From Patescibacteria group bacterium (GTDB lineage: Bacteria > Patescibacteriota > Patescibacteriia > Magasanikbacterales > JBBTQS01), in the NCBI GenBank assembly GCA_038065555.1, contig JBBTQS010000002.1:26399-90398 (forward strand): a DNA stretch of 64,000 bases, given 5' to 3'. This document shows positions 57,451 to 64,000 of this stretch, piece after piece. Numbering within the stretch: position 1 is the stretch's first letter; every line of letters begins with the position of its first letter. The translations under genes were made by a program, and so were the position numbers. The notes beneath the pieces were generated by a model. That model was given only the letters and a program-made list of their open reading frames with translations. It searched no databases and was not told the DNA's origin.

Positions 57451-57885
57451 ATGATCAAGTACGAACTTCTCCGTGTCGAAGGTGCGCCACAGCGCAACGG
57501 TCGTGTGCTCGCGTTCCTGCGAGCGATCATCACGCCGGACGAAACGCATCACACGGTGGTCGAGCTCGCGCAAGCAGCTCGTGCTCGTGATCTAGTTCTA
57601 CCTGAGTGGGATCTGCTGGTTGGGCTCGTCCAAACTGGTACGCTGCCAGGCCACCAGGCGTTCGTGGATGCATTCGACAAACTGACAGAGGGTATCACGT
57701 CTCAGCTCCTCGTATTGCCGCAGGAGGTTGCAGACGACAACGAAGTGGCCGTGTGCGTCTGGGGCTTCCAGTTGCGCATGGTCCAGTTCTGGCTCAATGG
57801 ACCGTCGAATGTCGAGATCGACTGGATCAACCCGCCGCCGCTCTACCTTTTCGTCTGGGCGCTCCCTGTAGCTGCCCCCAACTGA
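57451..57885 (+). CDS. Hypothetical protein (second island, gene 2)
   Basis: RBS AAAGGAAAG before the ATG; no motif. Followed by a terminator at 57888-57937 (ACCGCCCGCAC...GTGCGGGCGGT plus TTCGTTTTTTC). Confidence 0.45.
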   Translation: MIKYELLRVEGAPQRNGRVLAFLRAIITPDETHHTVVELAQAARARDLVLPEWDLLVGLVQTGTLPGHQAFVDAFDKLTEGITSQLLVLPQEVADDNEVAVCVWGFQLRMVQFWLNGPSNVEIDWINPPPLYLFVWALPVAAPN

Positions 57886-57887
57886 AC

Positions 57888-57937
57888 ACCGCCCGCACCG
57901 CTTCTCAACTGAGGCGCGTGCGGGCGGTTCGTTTTTT
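57888..57937 (+). terminator. Rho-independent terminator closing the second island
   Basis: 11-bp GC-rich stem plus T-run. Confidence 0.55.
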
Positions 57938-57987
57938 CTGGACGTTTGGGCCTTATTCTATTAAGGTAGGTGTATATCGAAACCCGT

Positions 57988-59205
57988 ATGTCTGTATCCA
58001 CCGACCCCTCAGCTATTGCGAATCTTCTCACGCGCGGCGTAGAGAACGTCTATCCGTCTCGCGAATATCTCGAGGCGCGTCTGCGCGAGGGCAAGCAGCT
58101 CACGCTCTATTGTGGCTACGATCCAACGGCGCCGACGCTGCACATTGGTCACGGCATCACGCTACTCAAATTGCGTCAGTTCCAAGATCTCGGACACAAG
58201 ATCATCATGCTCATCGGCGATTTCACCGGCATGATCGGCGATCCGACGGACAAATCTGCAACTCGCAAGCGTCTCACGCACGACGAAGCAATTGCGAATT
58301 GCAAACGCTACCAGGACCAAGTTGTGTCGATTTTGCGTTTTGATGGCGACAACGCGGCGGAGATGCGATTCAACAATGACTGGCTCGGCAAGATGTCCTT
58401 CGCAGATGTTGTCGAACTCGCAGCGCACTTCACCGTACAGCAGATGATGGAGCGCGATATGTTCGAGCGCCGCATCGAAGAAGGGAAGCCGATCTATCTC
58501 CACGAATTCTTGTACCCGCTCATGCAGGGGTATGACACTGTCGCGATGGATGTGGACGGCGAAGTTGGCGGCAATGACCAGACATTCAACATGCTCGCTG
58601 GCCGCACACTCATGAAGGAAATGAAAGGCAAGGAGAAGTTCGTGCTCACGTCGAAATTGCTTGTCGCAGCTGACGGCAAGAAGATGGGCAAGTCTGAAGG
58701 CAACATGATCTCGCTCGAGGATTCGGCAGAGGACATGTTCGGCAAGGTAATGCGTTGGGAGGATGGCATGATCGACCTCGGATACGAATTGTGTACACGT
58801 GTGTCGCTCGAGGAGATCGCAGCAATGCGCGACGCGCGCGCTGCAGGCACAAATCCTCGTGATCACAAATTGCGCCTCGCCTTCGAAGTCACGCGCACGT
58901 TCCTTGGTGACAAGGCGGCCGAGGATGGTCGCGCGTACTTCTCACAGGTTATCCAGCAGCGGCAGACACCTGATGACATGCCAGTCATCGAAATTCGTGA
59001 ACCGGAAATGAACATCGTTGACTTGCTGGTTCGCGCAGGACTCACCGAGAGCAAGAGTGAAGCACGTCGCGTTGTCGAAGAAGGTGGGGTAACAGTGGAA
59101 CAACAGACAGTTCGCGACATTTCTACGATTGTGAAAATCGGTACCGGCGTGACCATCCAGAAGGGCAAACGCCATTTCACCCGCGTCATGCCGCGCAACG
59201 ACTAA
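57988..59205 (+). CDS. tyrS: Tyrosyl-tRNA synthetase
   Basis: PTAPTLHIGHG (HIGH), KMGKS, C-terminal S4 RNA-binding domain. Confidence 0.9.
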   Translation: MSVSTDPSAIANLLTRGVENVYPSREYLEARLREGKQLTLYCGYDPTAPTLHIGHGITLLKLRQFQDLGHKIIMLIGDFTGMIGDPTDKSATRKRLTHDEAIANCKRYQDQVVSILRFDGDNAAEMRFNNDWLGKMSFADVVELAAHFTVQQMMERDMFERRIEEGKPIYLHEFLYPLMQGYDTVAMDVDGEVGGNDQTFNMLAGRTLMKEMKGKEKFVLTSKLLVAADGKKMGKSEGNMISLEDSAEDMFGKVMRWEDGMIDLGYELCTRVSLEEIAAMRDARAAGTNPRDHKLRLAFEVTRTFLGDKAAEDGRAYFSQVIQQRQTPDDMPVIEIREPEMNIVDLLVRAGLTESKSEARRVVEEGGVTVEQQTVRDISTIVKIGTGVTIQKGKRHFTRVMPRND

Positions 59206-59209
59206 CGCT

Positions 59210-60949
59210 ATGGCACTCTTCTTGCATTTGCGCGAAACACTTGCGGACGCAATAGCTGCAGCAACCGAGCACATGGCAATTGCGCCTACAGAAATCATGC
59301 GCCCACCCAAGCCAGAGATGGGTGATTTTGCGTGGGGAGCTTTTGCAGTTGCAAAGGAGCGCAAGCAAAGTCCTGCACAAGTTGCACAAGACGTTGCGGC
59401 ACAGCTCTCGACTGCGCAGTTGCGTCTGGTGGAGCGTGTCGAAGCCGCAGGTCCATATGTGAATTTCACACTCAACACCGATGCGCTCATGCGCGAGCTC
59501 TTCGCAGAGATCGATCGCAGTAATGGACGGTTCGGATGTCTGGGCGCTGACACTGGCGAGAAGATTATCTTTGAATATTCTGGTCTCAACACGCACAAGG
59601 AGGTGCACATTGGCCATTTGCGCAATCACGCGCTTGGCGCGGCGCTCGTCTCGATTTGGCGCAGCCAGGGACACGAAGTACATCCAGTGAACTTCACCAA
59701 TGACATGGGCGCGCATGTGGCGAAATGCCTCTGGTGGCTCATGAAGAAATACGACGGCAAACTTCCAGAAACAGATCCCGTGAAGCGCATGGAAGCACTT
59801 GCTGATGTATATGTAGAAGCGTCAAAGGCGTTTGCAGATGCAGAAGAATCAGGAGACACGGCACCACGACAGGAAGTATCTCGTATTTTGCTCGCCATCG
59901 AAGAAGACGCAGCATCACCCGAAGCAGCGCTCTGGAAGGAGACGCGTCAGTGGAGCTTGGATGGATTTGTCGCTGTGTACAAAGAATCTGATATTGAGTT
60001 CGAACATTGGTTCCTCGAGTCTGATGTGAAGATGAACGGCAAGAAGCGTGTGATGGAAATGCTCGACAAAGGAATTGCGCAGCATTCACAAGGTGCGATT
60101 ATTGCCGATCTCACCACACCAGAGAATCTCGATATCATGCTGTTGCTCAAGTCTGATGGAACAGGACTGTACGCAACCACGGATATTGCGCTCATGGATG
60201 CGAAGTTCGCGGTTTTCCCAGAGGCGACGAAGTGTGTTGTGCTCACAGACATGCGTCAGGCACATCACTTTGCGCAACTTTTTGCCTTGCTGCGCCGCGA
60301 TGGTGCGACGCAGGGATTTGGGCACATTGGGTATGAGTTGGTGACAACACCTGAGGGAATGATGAGTTCGCGCAAGGGGACGATCGTGCGCTATCGCGAT
60401 ATGCGCGATGCGCTCATTGAGCGCTCGAGTACTGAATTGCGTGAGCGTCATCCAGAGTGGCCAGCAGAGCAGGTGGCACAGACTGCGCGCGCAGTTGCAT
60501 TTGGCGCGATGAAATTCACGATGCTGACGGTGAGCAGTCACCAGAAGATTGTGTTCGATATGGCTGCAGCGTTGTCGCTCACTGGAATGAGTGCACTCTA
60601 TCTCCAGTATTCATACGCACGCATCCGCACATTACTTACGCGCGTGAATAATGCGAAAGGTGAGATTGCAACAACACCTCTCACACATCCTACGGAGCGC
60701 GCACTCTTGCTGCATCTCTTGTGGTTTGCAGACGCACTCGCGATGGCGTCTGCAGAGAATGATCCATCAGTGCTCGCACGGTATCTCTATGAACTCTGTC
60801 AGAAGATGAGCACGTGTTACGAGGTGTGTCGTGTGATTGAAGAGGATGGAACCGTGCAGCAGTGGCGCGCGAGTTTGCATGCGCACACAGGTGAGGTGTT
60901 GGCACAAGGTTTGCAGATGTTGGGAATTCCAGTAGTAAACGCCTTATAA
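59210..60949 (+). CDS. argS: Arginyl-tRNA synthetase
   Basis: HIGHLRN motif, MSSRKG (KMSK-like), C-terminal DALR anticodon-binding domain. Confidence 0.9.
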   Translation: MALFLHLRETLADAIAAATEHMAIAPTEIMRPPKPEMGDFAWGAFAVAKERKQSPAQVAQDVAAQLSTAQLRLVERVEAAGPYVNFTLNTDALMRELFAEIDRSNGRFGCLGADTGEKIIFEYSGLNTHKEVHIGHLRNHALGAALVSIWRSQGHEVHPVNFTNDMGAHVAKCLWWLMKKYDGKLPETDPVKRMEALADVYVEASKAFADAEESGDTAPRQEVSRILLAIEEDAASPEAALWKETRQWSLDGFVAVYKESDIEFEHWFLESDVKMNGKKRVMEMLDKGIAQHSQGAIIADLTTPENLDIMLLLKSDGTGLYATTDIALMDAKFAVFPEATKCVVLTDMRQAHHFAQLFALLRRDGATQGFGHIGYELVTTPEGMMSSRKGTIVRYRDMRDALIERSSTELRERHPEWPAEQVAQTARAVAFGAMKFTMLTVSSHQKIVFDMAAALSLTGMSALYLQYSYARIRTLLTRVNNAKGEIATTPLTHPTERALLLHLLWFADALAMASAENDPSVLARYLYELCQKMSTCYEVCRVIEEDGTVQQWRASLHAHTGEVLAQGLQMLGIPVVNAL

Positions 60950-61002
60950 CTAGACGCGCGGACGTTCCAGCGCTATCATGAGGATACGATCACACACTTT
61001 TT

Positions 61003-61494
61003 ATGTTCAAATCACGATATACAGAATACGAAGACCAAGATGAGACGTCAGCAGCCAGCGCAGCACCAACCGGAGTATCTGCAGCTGATGATACAGTAGA
61101 GACTATTGTTGGACCGTCAGTAGAAGTAGAAGGTGATTTCAACAGCAAGGGGAACATGGTGGTGCAAGGAACTGTTGCGGGTAATGTTCGTACCGAGAAG
61201 AATTTGCGCGTAGAGCGTGGTGCGCGCATCCTCGCCAACGTCTTTGCACAGAATGCAAAAATCTCCGGCGAAATTCGTGGCAATATCAAAGCATCTGACA
61301 CGCTCGAGCTCACCCCAACTGCTGTGGTAGTGGGGGACGTCGAAGCATCAACACTTATCATCGCAGCAGGCGCAATCTTGCACGGCAAGTGTATGATGCC
61401 AGGGTCACACGTGACCGATGCAAAAGCGTCCACCAAATCTTCGCGCGCTCGTACGCGTCAGACAGGGGACGTGGACGCAGAAGCTGCGGCATAG
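61003..61494 (+). CDS. Bactofilin (polymer-forming cytoskeletal protein)
   Basis: Repetitive beta-helical pattern V.G.V.G.V...L.V..GA.I.G.V typical of the bactofilin domain. Confidence 0.75.
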   Translation: MFKSRYTEYEDQDETSAASAAPTGVSAADDTVETIVGPSVEVEGDFNSKGNMVVQGTVAGNVRTEKNLRVERGARILANVFAQNAKISGEIRGNIKASDTLELTPTAVVVGDVEASTLIIAAGAILHGKCMMPGSHVTDAKASTKSSRARTRQTGDVDAEAAA

Positions 61495-61529
61495 GCCACA
61501 GCACGTGATTTCTTAATTCTCAGGCGCGT

Positions 61530-62297
61530 ATGCACGTGTATCTGTACGACGCCTTTGTGCGCACAGGGCCCTACGCACGTGTCATGAAGACGATCGAGAA
61601 TCGTCTCACTGACTTGGAGCTCTCGGGCAAGATGATCAAGCTCGCGGCGTTTAGTAATCCGCGCAGCATGCTCCTCGATGAACTTCGCAGTGGTGCCAAG
61701 ACTGCGATTGTTATTGGTGACGAAAATACATTCGGACGTGTACTTACTAAGTGCGCGGACGTAGAGATGGTGTTCGGGTGGATTCCGATTGGTCGAGATG
61801 TGTCGACTCGCGAACAACTCGATGTGCCCTATGGCGAAGAATCCTGCCGCACGATCGCAGCGCGTCGTGTGATTGAGTTGCCTGTGCTCAAGGTGAATGA
61901 TCGATATGCGATCGCTCTTGCGCACGTCCCTATGACACGCGTGTGGATCTCGGTAGACGGCAAATATGCACTTGGTCCGATGGGTGAGTCCATGGAAGTG
62001 GCTATCTGTAATTTGCGCTCACTTCCTTGGTGCGAAGAGGCGCATGCACAATTCATGAACCAGGAGGATCTGTACGTACACATTCGTCCACTTGCGGCAG
62101 GCAAGCAATCCCGCTGGCGTCCACAGTATGCACCCTTGACGTCGTTGCCGTTTTCCCGTATGACTATGTATGGAAAGGCGCCCTTCGAGCTGTTCCTGGA
62201 TGGCCAGCGCAGCAAGGAGACCCGCGTCACCATTGAGCGTGCCGCGCATTCAATCCGAATCATCGCTGGCAAAAATCGCGTACGTGTGGCATCATAG
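61530..62297 (+). CDS. Hypothetical protein, weakly diacylglycerol/lipid kinase catalytic domain-like
   Basis: AIVIGDENTFGRVL resembles the GGDG(T) nucleotide-binding loop of DAGK_cat proteins. Low-confidence family guess. Confidence 0.35.
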   Translation: MHVYLYDAFVRTGPYARVMKTIENRLTDLELSGKMIKLAAFSNPRSMLLDELRSGAKTAIVIGDENTFGRVLTKCADVEMVFGWIPIGRDVSTREQLDVPYGEESCRTIAARRVIELPVLKVNDRYAIALAHVPMTRVWISVDGKYALGPMGESMEVAICNLRSLPWCEEAHAQFMNQEDLYVHIRPLAAGKQSRWRPQYAPLTSLPFSRMTMYGKAPFELFLDGQRSKETRVTIERAAHSIRIIAGKNRVRVAS

Positions 62298-62337
62298 TGT
62301 CCACATGCCGCACGCGGCCCTAGGCCGCATCCCTCAT

Positions 62338-62421
62338 GCTGAGGTGGCGAAATTGGTAGACGCACTACCTTGAGGTGGTAGCTCCCGCAAGGGAATGGAG
62401 GTTCGAGTCCTCTCCTCAGCA
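62338..62421 (+). tRNA. tRNA-Leu (anticodon GAG), long variable arm
   Basis: Acceptor GCTGAGG/CCTCAGC, D-arm GCG-AAATTGGTAGA-CGC, anticodon stem CTACC/GGTAG with loop TTGAGGT, T-arm GGAGG-TTCGAGT-CCTCT. Followed by a long terminator hairpin at 62423-62485. Confidence 0.85.
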
Positions 62422-62422
62422 C

Positions 62423-62485
62423 AGACAAAAATAAAAGATTCCTGGAGTACAACGTTGGTCCCCAGGAATCTTTTATTTTTGTCTG
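62423..62485. terminator. Long perfect hairpin terminator after tRNA-Leu(GAG)
   Basis: ACAAAAATAAAAGATTCCTGG ... CCAGGAATCTTTTATTTTTGT. Confidence 0.55.
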
Positions 62486-62617
62486 AATCTGTGCACAGTG
62501 CTTTAGCTTGACGTGCGCCTTGTTTTCAGATATTGTACAGTGTTCGTGGAAACGAACTGAGGCGCATTCGCTCCTTAGTCGTAGCCCGAATCACCAGTGC
62601 CACAGGGGGGAAGTGCC

Positions 62618-64000
62618 ATGGGGAACACCTATTCGTTGAACCAGGTTGTTCCTGGTCACTGCATCGACGATCGATACGAGATCATCGATACGTTGGGTAG
62701 TGGTGGGATGAGTGTCGTACATCGCGCTCGCCATCTGGTTCTGGATCGCATAGTCGCGATCAAGTTCATTCGCAAGGATTTGCTTGGTCCAGAGAACGCT
62801 GAACACGGGTTCGCTGAGCGATTCAAGCAAGAAGGTCGCGCGATGGCGAAAGTCAGGCATCCCAACAGCATCGCGATCTACGATCTGGGTGAGTTGGGGA
62901 ACGGAACACAGTACATGGTCATGGAGTACTTCCAAGGCGTGACACTGGGTGATGTTCTCGACAAGTCGGAAAATGGTGCGATCGATCAACTCTATGCGCT
63001 TGATATTACGCACCAGCTCTTGCAAGCGCTCGCTGCAGTGCATAGCGCAGGGATCACGCACTACGACATCAAGCCGCCCAACATCATGATCGGCAAAGAT
63101 GCTGACGGTGGACTTCATGTCAAGTTGCTCGATTTCGGCATCGCAAAGATCCGATCGCCTGACACAAGTGGGAACACTCGAGAGAGTGCAGATGATGGAA
63201 GACGTCTTCGCATCGTACCACCTGGGCGAAAGGAGGTCTTCCAGACTGCAGCGTTTGCCATTTTGGGAACGCCGGACTACATGGCGCCCGAAGCAACGGC
63301 TGGACTCCGGGTTTCTACGTCCTCTGACATCTACTCGCTCGGAGCCGTGCTCTTCGAGATGCTCACGGGGCGTACGCCGTACCTTCCTTCGGAGGAGGCA
63401 CGAGAGGCAGGTCCACAGGCAGTGGCATTGGACCACTTCGTGCAGCATCGTACTTCGCCAGTCCCTAACGCCGCTACCATCGATCCGTCGTTGGATTCTG
63501 CGCTGGTTGATCTGGTGCAGATCATGATGGCAAAGGCGCCAGATGAGAGACTGACTGCAGCCGAACTTCTTCCGATGGTCGATGGCATCAGAGATCGACT
63601 CCGACGTCAGCGTGAGCAACCGTCGGTGGGAGGGCGCATTCGCAGTGCGACGGTGGCCTTTGTCGGGAAGGTGCAGGATCTGGATCGAGCGCTCGCGGAA
63701 CAAGTCGTCGCAAATCGGATTGCTGCATCGGACACAGGTTCGCTGGGGCAAGAGGCGGATGACGATGTCAAACCTCCAACGTTCATGGAACGCTGGGGGC
63801 CGTGGGTTCGAGAAAAGATCACACAGTGGGCGCAACGCTGGCGACTGTTGCTGGCGATGGTGGGAGCGGTCTTGCTGGCTGGAACTTGTGGATACTTGTA
63901 CAAGTACTTCACACAGCACGAGACCATCTCTCCAGAGGACGAAGTGATTTCGGACGGGGAGCGTACAGTGCCCCAAGCCGAACCAATTCGCATCGCGACT
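62618..64000 (+). CDS. Hanks-type Ser/Thr protein kinase with C-terminal TM segment; 3-prime partial (runs off the window end). Not present in the supplied ORF track
   Basis: RBS GGGGGGAAG. Motifs LGSGGMSVVHRA (Gly loop), VAIKFIRK (VAIK Lys), HYDIKPPNIM (catalytic loop), DFGIAK (DFG), GTPDYMAPE (APE). Frame is open to nt 64000. The track ORF 62591..63976 on the minus strand is antisense to this gene. Confidence 0.85.
   Translation, partial: MGNTYSLNQVVPGHCIDDRYEIIDTLGSGGMSVVHRARHLVLDRIVAIKFIRKDLLGPENAEHGFAERFKQEGRAMAKVRHPNSIAIYDLGELGNGTQYMVMEYFQGVTLGDVLDKSENGAIDQLYALDITHQLLQALAAVHSAGITHYDIKPPNIMIGKDADGGLHVKLLDFGIAKIRSPDTSGNTRESADDGRRLRIVPPGRKEVFQTAAFAILGTPDYMAPEATAGLRVSTSSDIYSLGAVLFEMLTGRTPYLPSEEAREAGPQAVALDHFVQHRTSPVPNAATIDPSLDSALVDLVQIMMAKAPDERLTAAELLPMVDGIRDRLRRQREQPSVGGRIRSATVAFVGKVQDLDRALAEQVVANRIAASDTGSLGQEADDDVKPPTFMERWGPWVREKITQWAQRWRLLLAMVGAVLLAGTCGYLYKYFTQHETISPEDEVISDGERTVPQAEPIRIAT

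Noticed and set aside
62591-63976. 461-aa minus-strand ORF from the track
   Set aside because: Antisense to a complete Hanks kinase reading frame; composition is Cys/His/Arg-rich with no motif. Classic GC-rich antisense artefact.
1-64000. CRISPR arrays, IS elements, integrases, rRNA genes, tmRNA, SRP RNA
   Set aside because: Scanned the intergenic regions by eye. No direct-repeat/spacer periodicity, no transposase or integrase-like ORFs, and no rRNA-like or tmRNA/4.5S conserved blocks were found.

Overview
The window is 64 kb of a moderately GC-rich bacterial chromosome. It is dominated by housekeeping genes: six aminoacyl-tRNA synthetases (thrS, ileS, trpS, valS, tyrS, argS), miaA, pepA, ruvA, a FemAB-family gene, rpiB-rpe, uvrA, rplS, an RluD-like gene, RNase J and secG. 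It opens with a partial GspE/PilB secretion ATPase. Also present are a compact copper-homeostasis operon (csoR-copA-permease-copZ), a cell-envelope glycan locus (GT4 glycosyltransferases, WbaP-like sugar transferase, large membrane-anchored proteins, polysaccharide-lyase-like protein), a Ser/Thr kinase plus a PP2C phosphatase, and a bactofilin. I called four tRNAs by hand (Arg-CCG, Leu-CAG, Ile-UAU, Leu-GAG) and an RNase P RNA (rnpB) that the ORF track covers with spurious ORFs. The Ser/Thr kinase gene at the 3-prime end of the window was not in the ORF track; the track instead reports a spurious antisense ORF there. The features that stand out are listed here. (1) A roughly 155-175 nt structured repeat family in three copies, with a conserved multi-helix core, compensatory base changes between copies, and a different long terminal stem in each copy; every copy lies at the 3-prime end of a transcription unit in the sense orientation. 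(2) A second family of two perfect 28-bp hairpins with unrelated stems but an identical 14-nt loop. (3) A candidate ribosomal-peptide locus: a glycine-rich small ORF followed by an attenuator-like hairpin, an M16 (HxxEH) peptidase and a thioredoxin lipoprotein. (4) Two small gene islands of unknown function with atypical codon usage, each with its own near-consensus promoter and terminator, sitting between synthetase genes. (5) A 1212-aa cysteine-rich secreted protein with central transmembrane helices, translationally coupled to a DsbA-like oxidoreductase. No CRISPR array, transposase, integrase or rRNA was seen. All product calls rest on motif recognition by eye. Coordinates of hand-called RNA features may be off by a few nt.
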